Below are positions 39,401 through 50,900 of a DNA stretch of 64,000 nucleotides, in pieces. The stretch lies in assembly GCF_003704095.1 (NCBI RefSeq), contig NW_020843862.1, forward strand, positions 1-64,000, written 5' to 3'. The notes beneath the pieces were generated by a model. It was not told where the DNA came from. It searched no databases and worked only from the letters and a program-made list of their open reading frames with translations. The stretch's first letter is position 1. Each line of letters begins with the position of its first letter. This DNA comes from Pocillopora damicornis. Lineage: Eukaryota. The position numbers and the translations under genes were made by a program.

Positions 39401-41335
39401 GAAATCGCCTCCTCCATGTGGACAAGCTTTGGACACTTACAGACACGCCGCAGTTTTTGGAATTTTACTTGCTCTTCATACAGAATAAGAAGGAACTGGA
39501 AGATCTTTCCATTTATTGTTTCTAGGCTTAAATTTGAATTTATGTTAAGATTTGACAGCTAATAATTAAACAAGTTACGGAATTGTCATCGCAACTATTT
39601 CGGAATTATTTTGATCTGCCACTAAATTTACAAACGGAACAATGTTAAGGAAGTCATACAACTGTCTCCAAGGTAACGGAGGTGCATGTTTTGATAAGAG
39701 AAGATTATGCCATGGGTAATTAGCTCTGAAAACTCTCAAGACTGGATACTCATTTTCGCTATAACATCCGGAAACCTCAACAAACAACATGGATTACACG
39801 AAATTGACATTTACTGAGCTCGATAATTCTACTTGCACAGTCATAAGCTACTTGGTGTTTTGTTACGCTATGAAAATATGACGAATATTAATTATTAATA
39901 CTAATTAAATAGCAAAGGCCGATGAGCGAGATCATTCACTTGTTTTCGTCGTCTGCGTTAGCAGACGTTTTAAAATCCTTTTAAGGAATCAACTAGAAGT
40001 CGTCCACCGGCCGTTTCGTTTCATATTCTTGGTTTGAAAAGCCTTTTCGAATAATCTCCTACTGTATTATGAAACTCTCGTTTCAAGACTCGCGTCTGTA
40101 GGTACAAAGTCACTCATCGCGTGCCGGAGATTTGGCTGTTAGTCAATTGAAACAGCGATTCATGAATCCAACCACGTCTTTCGTGGTGATCACAGTCTGC
40201 CGCTGAACCGAACACTTCTGAAAGAGGAAGTTAAACTGTCTACTATGGCCAGTTTGCGAGCTATACTTCTCCAACTGATTGTTCCAAATTTGTTTTTGTG
40301 GTTTAAAGTTTACGCAAAACAATTAAATGACTCGTGGGGCATAAAGTTTTCAACGGGGAATGTCACGTAATGTTTTGAAGCCACAGACACTTTTTCTTCC
40401 TTGGCGAGCTCGCTTTAGTTCTGTAAGACAGCTTATCGTGCAATACAAGGTTCCAGTCGTCATTAAAAGTTTTAAAAATTTTCCATAACACACCTAAACA
40501 ATATCGGACTGTAAACTTCCAAATCGAGAATGCAAAATATGCCACTTGTTCTTTTCAGTACTCAACTTTCTCCTAACAAAGCGCTTTTTGACTCTAGTAG
40601 TTTCAATGCGTTATCACAGAGCCTAACGTTTATATACTGCTTTGCACACACAACGACAAGAACTCTTTCTAATTTATTGGTAGGACGAATAACAACTCAG
40701 TAATAAATATGTAATAAAACGGCTGATTAACCAAGACTTATACAACTGTTGTTGCAAAGCTGTGTTGTATTGAAATCGACTATGACAGCGACACTCTACA
40801 GTTCTCAGTCAGTTGAGCGCATAGTCTCGCTTGTTTCGTGTTTGGAATTTTTTAAGTTTGTAAACAAATTACTCAAAACAGTAAGCTTAAGCTAGAAATT
40901 CAGGGAGATTTTAGCGAAATTTTTGGCCAAGGAATAACTGGATGTCTATGGCTCTAGATTAATTGTCCAAACTTCTGTTCCGCTCTTCTGTTACAACCTT
41001 CTGTAAAACTTAGGCCCAAGATAAGCTTAGTAACTTTGTAACTGTGCGTAACAACTGAGTATTCCCACTGATGGAAGTCTCTCCTTGCGAAGGCTGACTC
41101 ATTGAAACTGTGCTCGTATTTTAGAATCAACAGCCGGTAACTTAAACGTATTTACAACCGAGTACTTACTTTGACACAAAGGGCACGGTTTATCCACAAA
41201 AAGACACGAGTAACATCGCGGATGACCACAAGTGTCGATCAGTCGCCTCTTGTGCGCACTGTCGTATCTCTCTCCGCAGTCAGGACAAGTGATAAACTTG
41301 GGTGAAGACCACTGATTATCCATAACTGTAGGCAT
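33480..41335 (-). CDS. RING-finger protein with TANC/rolling-pebbles-like N-terminal C3HC4 RING, disordered Ser/Arg-rich body and C-terminal PDZ-binding motif (about 426 aa)
   Basis: Exons: 41335-41170 (MPTVMDNQWSSPKFITCPDCGERYDSAHKRRLIDTCGHPRCYSCLFVDKPCPLCQ); 38525-38328 (alternative in-frame acceptor at 38552); 36633-36589 (DNYFRSLYRYDPHAT); 35605-35474 (ENTDVKDFKQRNRTVQNYHKSLENLSDQFWKSVERASSPLGRST); 34219-33480 (ends YRTVTSL*). All introns are phase 1 GT-AG and the frame is open over 1281 nt. Further small exons cannot be excluded. Confidence 0.82.
34330..34542 (+). mobile_element. piggyBac-type MITE (family A), last intron of the RING gene
   Basis: gagtgaccag...acattaaggtcatgaga...caccaactaaagaacttcttgattg...atatgcataccgatgctggggtgtaaaggggtaa. 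Confidence 0.72.
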
Positions 41336-42028
41336 TGGTTCTCTAGAACGTCGCGAGTGCACTTCAATCTTTGCTGTTTACTGAAACACAAGCAAGCCAG
41401 CGTAAATAAACAAAGCTAAAAGCTAATGGAACTTGAGAAAGCCGCAAATTGTTAACGCGTCTGGCGCGCACACTGAAGAGATGTGAGAGTTTTTTCACCT
41501 CGATCTGTCTACTGAAGCTCTAAATCTTCGTGGTCTGTGAGTGAAGAATGTTACTGATGTCTGTTGCGTCTCGATCAAAAATGTCTTAGTCTGCACTAGC
41601 TTAGGTCCAATACAGATGTGACGGAAGCAAAAAGAAAAAAAAGAAAGCATAATATAATATGCTGGGTGACAAGTGGTTAAATATCCAGAGCTCGATAAAT
41701 TGATTGGAAAATGCCTTGATGACAATGGAACAAAAGAAGTGTCAAGAAACACATCGCGAAAAATTACGCTTCAAACTGTTCACACACAGCAAAGTGTCCA
41801 CGCGTGACAAGGCTTTGTAGAAAGCTTAATCTCGTAAAAATGAAAAGAATTAGAAATATAAAGTAGTGCTTTACTCCGGCGAAAGAGGCAAACATATGAA
41901 TTCTTATGAACTTTTGCAGAGACAATGGTTAAGACGCGCTAATAGCTCATGATTTTTATACGTTACGCAAGGGCAAAGACGTGGAATTTAGAGTTCAAGG
42001 GGTGAAAAAGTTGTCCACACGCACGCTT

Positions 42029-42397
42029 CAGTTTGCCCCCTTGCAAAGTCATTGTCCTTGAAAGAATTGCTTCACAGCGCGGATTTTTTGTCTGCAGGCT
42101 ACTCCCTGACTTTGAACTACCTTAGATAATAGTGCAATTTCAAATCATCGTTGGTACACACTGCAGTGACAAAGATTACGACTTGATCTCTTGCCGTTAA
42201 TCCAGTTTACAGAATCTTTTCTTTGCAAAGGTGTCTCGACAATTGTTTGGCCTAGAGTCTCAAATGAAACATGAAATATCTCACGCTGATCCAGATTTGG
42301 CTGTAATTTCTTTAAAAAACTGGACAGCATGTGAGTTTTTGAGTGTAAACTTCGCAGGCATTACTATTAAGCAATCCGGATTTTGTACCCAACTCGA
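42029..42397 (+). repeat. About 370-bp direct repeat, copy 1
   Basis: Near-identical to 44603-44972 (roughly ten differences by eye). Confidence 0.95.
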
Positions 42398-44602
42398 TGC
42401 CGGCAGATTGCAGGCAATAAATTAAATTACACGCGATAAAGTTGGAGTATCAATCACTTAAAATGAGCCAATAGGAAAGCAGATATTCAGGCAAGCGATC
42501 AGTGAGACAATTTGCAAATTGTCAATTCGCCGAAATGGAACATTCATTTCATCTTCAAAACAAGCGCAAATCTTGTTTCAGGGTAATCAGGATAAAAGAC
42601 TGTGGTGAATATTAACCGCACGATGCAGACGATAAGAAGGCAAAGTCTAAACTACCCACACACTTCAGATTCCACCCCCTGCACAGATTGATACCTCTCC
42701 TGACGAAGGAGTAGAGTACAAGTCTTATAGCGTGCGCAGAACCGCAAGACCTCTATTCTTTACGTAACAAAATGTTTTAGCTCTCGTCAATAAATTGAAA
42801 GAGGCCCTGTATCAAATTAGCTTCGAAACGAAGCAGAGAAATGAAGAAAACAACTAATGATCATCCATAATAATTTCGTTTCCTTCGCCGTTTTTAAATT
42901 GTCTCTTTTGAGTCAGCGAATAGAATGCTTTTTCCAAATAAAGCGGCATTTTTGCTTTGCGTGTAAATCTTGGCAAATCATGTGACTGTATTCAGTAGTG
43001 CACTGCAGTCCTAAGTTTACATTGGACAAATGATAAGTAATAGATACGTCATTGCCTCCCTTTATGGCCTTCTAAGGTGACTAGACAGAGTGGTACCAAT
43101 TGACTGAGAAAAGCAAATTGCATGTTACTCAGACGATACTGGTTTACCAAGACAATATGAAGACCACGATTCATAAAAACAATTTTTTTTTAAAGAATTT
43201 TTTCTTCGCTAAGCAATCTCATTGAGCTGATCTTGGAATATTTAGGAATGGTATTCGTAGAACTGAGAGGAACACGCACTTCATCAAGAAGCTTAAGTGA
43301 GTTAAAAGATCACATGCCTTGTGCAAAAATCGTATTTATCGTAAAGAATCGTGTCGATGATGAAAATTTTCGACCGCGCCTTCTCTGAATTCTCTCATCT
43401 ATCGAAGGCACTGTCTTTTTTTTCCTCGAAGGTCTACAGGGCCAAAGATACCAAGAGAATATTCTCTTGTAAGACACTCAATCCTAAAGTAATAAAGTCT
43501 TTTAATGATGCATCGTCTGGATGGACGAAAAATGTAAATGAAGATATAGGTTAATTAAGTCTTTTGTTGTTTAAAGTTGTTTCACCTCCTCCTGATTAAT
43601 AATTTTATCTATGCAATTTGTTCTTAACGTTATTCTTTAGAGATTTCTTCAGAAATTTATAAACTGACTTTAAGGATAAGTCCTTCGTAGCTATTTTAGT
43701 TAAACTTACTGTCATGGCGTGGTTTCTCTTGGGCCTTCCACTCTCACAACTACTAAACTAAAAGTCGTGAAACGCTGCTTGACGAAAAATAATTTCTGAA
43801 GTAGATGGCATTGGTTAAAGCTAAATTTCCGGTATTCAAGCTTCGAAAACTCGAGAATTGGGTGATGGGTTGTTTTCCGTTTCCTTTCCAGTCAACCAGC
43901 CGTTAAGATTAACCATGCATATCTCCCGTTTGAAAATGCGGAGACCTCGCCTCGTGATGAATCTATACTGAAACAGGTATCCTGCTGTGCCCTAAAGCAA
44001 CATGTTATGTAATGAGGCAACGCTTTCTCTTTTAGCAAAATGACTGTTCAGATTGAGTAATTAAGGGTGTAATATCTCCAGTATTGTTCACTTTGAACCC
44101 ACGCACTTAGTAACTTGTTCCCCCTCAGTTTACACCCACGAAAATTCTAAAAGTTATAATTTCGAGTCAAATGAAAAAGTACGATCAATTCACACTAGTG
44201 AATTAAAAAGCTGCCGAGCTTATGTTAGAGGAGTTAAAATCAAAACAAACAACGCAAGGGTCAGGGTAGTTTCATCATGAAAAGGATGACTCAAGCTATG
44301 GAGAAAGAAGACAAAGGTGAACACCAGGTTGTAGTGAAAACTTCCAGCGTGTACATATCTCTTTACAGGACTTCACAACTGATTTTGGGCTGTTTTTATG
44401 CCTGATATCACAGTCCCGCCAATATTAGTCTAAACATTTAATAGAAAATTCTTCTCTATTTCCATCCTTGATGACAATATCAAAGCCAAACTACGGGAAA
44501 TTGCGAAATTTGAACCTTGCACCGGCACTGTTAGGAATCTTTCAGCCAAAAATAAATTATTGCCTCGGTGTTTTTTCCTAAAAAAAACCTGTGAAACCAC
44601 TA

Positions 44603-44972
44603 CAGTTTGCCCCCTTGCAAAGTCATTGTCCTTGAAAGAATTGCTTCACAGCGCGGATTTTTTGTCTGCAGGCTACTCCCTGACTTTGAACTACCTTAGA
44701 TAAGAGTGCAATTTCAAATCATCGTTGGTACACACTGCAGTGACAAAGATTACGACTTGATCTCTTGCCGTTAATCCAGTTTACAGAATCTTTTCTTCGC
44801 AAAGGTGTCTCGACAATTGTTTGGCCTAGAGTCTCAACTGAAACATGAAATATCTCACGCTGATCCAGATTTGGCTGTAATTTCTTTAAAAAACTGGACA
44901 GTATGGTGATTTTTTTAGTATAAACTTCGCAGGTATTACTATTAAGCAATCCGGATTTTGTACCCAACTCGA
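44603..44972 (+). repeat. About 370-bp direct repeat, copy 2
   Basis: Near-identical to 42029-42397. Confidence 0.95.
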
Positions 44973-47900
44973 CAGGAATAGTGCATGAGTTTAGTCTCAG
45001 ACTATGCTGTTTGTGTTCAAGTGTTTTCATTTCCAAGCTTTGTTTACTCAAGTCCTTAATGATGTTGTTATCGTTAGATACTCATGGCCAGTCAAAACCA
45101 AACACAGTAATATAACAAACATATCTTAGTTAAAGTGTTAAACTCTTCCCGATCAGGTGGATCCTAAAGAATGATAAGCTTTTGATTCGTTAATGTTGGG
45201 GCCGAGTCTGGCTCAAAAACTTCGATTAAACTTCTCTTTTAGTCTTGTTAATCCCTCATTCCATTGTATGAAAAGTTTATTATTTTAAATAATAAAAATA
45301 GTGACAAAGATGGGGACAATGATGGGACTCAAACCAGTAAATATTGGCAAACAAAATTCAATATTTTACTGAAAGTGAAAGTAAATATTTATCAAACTTT
45401 TTATTTAAGAATCCTTCCAAGACTTAGTCGGTTCTTTCTCAGACGTTTTCTAGGCTTGTAATACGCGATTATGCAACGATAGTCTTGGATTCATAACTGA
45501 TTTACTCGCAACAGAGTGACTGACTCTATTCGTCTGATAACGGTAGGTCGCGTGCGCGTGAAAAAGTCTAATAATGCTAGGCTTTAAATCCTCTCAATGA
45601 AAACTAATAAACAGAGTTATTCATTTGACAAGTTTTCAATATGTGTTTCTTTGTTTTTTGCGGCGTTTACACCATCTGTTCATTGTCTTTCTTTTTATAA
45701 GAAATTAGAATATTATATGGAAGTTTTGAAGATGTGCTCACGGAAACATCGATTCAAGGAAAGCTGTTCTTCAGTTTTTCATGGGAAACACACAATCAAC
45801 GAAACCGGCAATGAAAAAAGACAAAAAAAGTTGCAGGATACCGCGCTCACAGACATCACTTAATGGTTTATTTATTCTTTTAAAATCTAAACCACAGCTT
45901 CGTATTGCAATTCTTGCACCACCCACTAAATATGATGTAAAAACTTGATTTTATTCCAAAAGTCCAGTTTAATTGTTTTGAATTCATTCGTAGAGGATAA
46001 AGTTCAACTGGACAGCGTCCAAAATTTTTGTCACAAATTTGGAATCGTCAGCAGTATTGTTTTCTTGGAGACTCGACTAAAATCGATCATAGCTGTTTCT
46101 GGCGTGGTAAATCGATAGTTTTCGATCATTGAAGGATGCGCTTCAATTAAGGTATTATCAAAGACCGATACTTAAACAACCTGAACGGCCTTGTGATTTC
46201 GGAGTAGAGTATCTAGAGACGTCATTTGTAAAAGTGACTGACGAACAGAGTGGGACTTTTCGTGGACGTACGTAAAGTCAGACAACCGAATATTGATTTG
46301 AAAGGACCGCACTAACAATATTTCAACGTCGTCAGCAACCGGAGTAAAGAATTACATATATCTGATATGACAAACAGGTTGATGGCATCTGATCAAATTC
46401 AGTCCTCAGTCATTTGAAGGTGCGAGATACTCGCGATGTCTCGTAAGAACACTTTCTTTTACGAACAATACATTAGGAATACATGTTTCCTTTTTTCTTC
46501 ATTAGAAACAAATCAAGTCACAAAACCAGAGAACCGGATGTCTTTGTTGAAATCAAAATGACTCATCAAATTGAGACGATGGCGTGAGTGAATTGTAGCG
46601 TGTTAACAGCAAGTCAAGTGGATAACGATAGAACAGACGGGTTATGAAACGGAAAACTGTTGGATATCCGCCAATAAAATTTAATATCTTAGCAAGTAGT
46701 GACTCCATAACCTCGTCTTTACGGAACTGAGAAATTAATTTTCAGCAGGTCTCAAAGCTTAAAATCAGTGCATTATGCCAATTCCGTGAACAAAGTGGTG
46801 TTCAGAGAAACGGAAAACGCGGTTAGACATTTGTAACAAAATTCCAATTTTAGCAAGTGACTCAATCAAAGCACGGCATCAGGAAATAAAGCATTTACGT
46901 TCTAGTTACTGGAAAAGCTTAAGATTTATGAATTATCAGTTTAAAAGAACGAAGCTACTTACTTTTTACGTTGATGAGATTGGCAAGATGGGCTCACTTT
47001 AACAGAGGGCACATTAAATCGATGTTCGTGTGATTTCCATTACCATTTAGCTGAATATTAAAAATATCATTCGTTCACTTGCAAAACTTGTCACACAACG
47101 TTATGTCAGTTAGGGGCAGTCGCCCTGATAGAAGAGAAAATAGCTTGAAATAGGGGTTCTTTTGAGAATGAGCAGTGACGTAAATTATGCTTACAAAAGC
47201 AAGTTAAATTTGTAAAGTAATGTCAGCTTTTGAAATGTATATTTGGAATCTCGTGACCACACACGAACAGGCGAACGGCGAGGACATAGTTTCCATGCGT
47301 AATTTGCTTTTATTTGTTTCGTTTTAGGTTTTTTTTTTCTTCAGTCTTACGATTATTCATCTGTAAATTCAAAGGTCAAGATCATTAAAGAATATACATA
47401 GAGGACATTTGTCACTCAAGAAAGTATGTTTTACAGCAGTTATTGTTGAAAGGAAATCACATTCGGAAAAGCACTACAGAAAACCAACCACCCACTGCAA
47501 TAATAAAATGAAATCAAATAATGTACTTGTACACACATAGAGGACTCGGTATACATTTACGAAACACTACTCATTATGTATTCAACTCTTCTCGTTTACG
47601 CTGAACAAATTTGATCTTAATGCTGTAACATAACAAGCCGATTTTACACATCAGTTCCCCCTACCTTTTAAATGATTCTCCGCTTTGCGAGATCTTTTGT
47701 TTCTTTGTGGAAAGATCCTACAAAATTCTGCTATACAGCCACAGTTTCAGAAGCAGCGTTAATGTGGTAACGCTTTGGCGCGAAATACCGTCTTGTAGTT
47801 ACTATGACTTGACACCGCTTTTTATTGCAGCAGGCGGTTTCATAATATTTGACGTCATTTATTTCTTGCCGAGATATTTTCGGTTTGTTATTTTTTGTTC

Positions 47901-50900
47901 CAGATCTCATTAAAGATGGAATCTGAAGTAGCTAATTGCTCATTGCATTGTATTCTGATGTCGTCGGCAATTGTATTAAATCAAGTTACGTCAGTGATCC
48001 CACAATATAGCGGAAACCCTCCTTACAGCGTCACGCGAGCGAGTGGTCAAATATCATACCGAAACGAATGTTAGCGTATTGTTCGGAAAAACTCATCCAT
48101 GACTACTCGAAGATGTTACGAATAGAGCCCGAACATTTCCGAAATCTTAACTGCTTTCAACAAGTACCAACCTTGAACGACATTTTTTAAGAGTTGTTAA
48201 TATTCGCTGACTTTGTCTTAGCTGAGAATAAGCGACCTCAATAGTCAGCAGTTTTTGACATTATTTTTTGGTATTTACCCTGAGTCAGTCGCCTAGGTAA
48301 CTCGCTAATGTTGATTTTCTCCCGGAAAAGAGAGGCAACCGTCCTAATACCTTTATCCTGAGCGAAGAGCAAGAGGAGACGAGCACTCAACGTGAATTTC
48401 TGCATATATGATGGATAAATAGGTTTGTTTTGAATTTAATTTAACAACTGACTTGCAAGGCACGTCATGAAATAAAACTTTAAGAATGAAGGAAAATTTG
48501 AAATCCGGAAATAGCTATGATGATATGATACGATGGCGAAAATATTTCCTTTGGTAAAATGAACGAGGATTCCGCTAACAAAAGATAAGAAAACAGTTTA
48601 TTTCTCATCAGGAAATACGACATTTTTGCGTTTGAACTTTTCAAGCTATTGACTAACGAGCAACGACAAACAAATGATACCTGAAGATTGTAAAATATAA
48701 GTTTGTTTTCCATCCTAGTTAAAATGAAATAAACGTTTATTAGCAAATCTCTTCTTCAAGTTTACGTCAGGCGAAGTTTAGACGCACAGGAAGCTTAACA
48801 TAGCGACTGATCTTCAGCTGGTTTCTTGGCTCTACAATTGATAGTGACAATCTTTGACACCTGAGTTTACGGTTCGCAAATGAGACGATGTGAAATAAAC
48901 AAGGAATTCATTGGAAAAAAATTATCAAACTGAAAACGGAATTGGCGAGTGGCAGAATTACTGATATTATTCCGTCCAAAGAAAATGTTAGAGTACGAAT
49001 TCAATACTCTCTTCTCTAACCACTAGAAGTACTTCCTTCCTCCATCGTTGAAAGTAAAAGTTATGATTTGATTTGACAACGATGTCTGTGAGGGATGCTT
49101 TCCATGCATATCTTGTTAGTAAATTAAAAGGCATAAAAATAACTACAGACAAGGAATCTTGTTATAGTATGACGTATTCTGGGCAATGTAGCCATGAATA
49201 AAATACCATATAGGTCATACTTCAAGTTAAGGCAAAAGAATTCAAAATAGAGATTGTTTTCCTCTTAGTTATCCAGGCTTTCATTCCCCTCCACACCAAA
49301 ATAACATATTATTTTCCTTCTGTGGTTTTTAAAAGGCAATATCATACGATCAGGAAGAGTGAGAAGTCCAAGGATAGATATCTTTCATGTCCCGTGAAAG
49401 GTCCAAATATTCATATCTTTCCTCGTAAAAGACGCCCAGGAATCTTTCACTCTATATTGCCCATTCATGCCTTTTTAACCGACCCAGCTGCTCATGTCCG
49501 AAGTTGAGACAAAAACACGCAACAACAACAAAAAAATTAAACATAACAAAAACAACTACAACAAAAACAGCAACGCTTTATTAAAATAGTTAATAAAATT
49601 GACGCGGTAGTTTCCGGGTGTAAAACAACAAGCGTTGTTGGGCGTTTCAGAAGTGTTTTTAGAATGTTATGTGGGAATTGTAACATTCAACGGAAGCGAA
49701 ATAGTTTGGAGCGTAGGTGGAGAGAAATTTTTTAATTACTAACTACTTCTCTTGAGAGAAGGAAATAGTTGATTTGTGTGACGTCGCGTTTCAGACGAAT
49801 GACAAAAATTTACATCCTGTTGTCGCTAAAATGTTCAGTGAAGGCACGCAATGCACCGGTTGTTGTTGTGTTCTGTACATGAAATATTTCCACAAATAAA
49901 TAATAAACGATGTACGAAAGAAAAATGAGAATGATTTGTTTACTTTTACTGCTTTGCTGCTAGAGCTTCGTGTTGCCATTCGGAAGTGACTATTTATGGC
50001 AGTTTTAGTATTTTTAGACAGTTTATCCCTTTAATCCAGGCATCTAATTGGAGATACGTGTTTCTACTTGCAGCGCTTAACAGATAGACCGGGTTGTTTT
50101 TCTACATTTGTGTTTAGAAATTAATTGTAATCCTCCTAAAGACGATTTGTAATTCACTTCAGGTTCCATGACGTCAGTAGTATCTAAATAAAAACAACAT
50201 GGCGTCTCCTGTTTCCAACCACAGTCTCTTTTTATATCAACAACTGAAATGACTTGTGGCACGTACGTGTTATTTACTTTTCCATGAAAAGAGTAGCACT
50301 CAAGCGATTTTTATGTTGCAAGGGAGAGACATACAGCTATATGAAAGGCAACTGCATGCATGCTACACTGAAGCATACTTAAAAATGTCTCGTTGTCAAG
50401 TACCTCATCAAAAACAATTTGGCGAATTGCTTTCTCATCCGATTATCATCTAATCTTGATTAATATATTGGCACATTGAAGCAAGTAGTAAACACAGCTA
50501 CAAGACTAGAACCAAGCTAATTTTCTTGATGGTTTGACTAAATTCTTCAACTCATCCACATTCCGGGCTTGAATCTTTGCTAGAATGATACTGATGATAA
50601 ACAAATCACCTAAATTTTGGGCTGGAGCAGCTGGAGAAACTGCCGTTAGTTTCTTCTTTATTTTCCTGCAAACTCTTCAATTATTTTCTGCTTTATAATT
50701 TACTTCTAGAAAGTCGGCATTAAGTTTAAACTCTAAATACACTTCGACAATTTACAAGAACAAAGTTTCAATGTCTCTTTCAATATTTGCTCTGTCTCAT
50801 TGTAAGAAAAAAGGGAAAACCGCTGAATGACTGAAACATTTGAAAGCCTTTTTGGATGAAGTAAAGAAAACACATTTCACGCAAGAACTTGTGACCTTTT

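Noticed and set aside
42029-44972. LTR retrotransposon or TRIM bounded by the 370-bp repeats
   Set aside because: No TG...CA termini, TSD, recognisable PBS/PPT or internal ORF.
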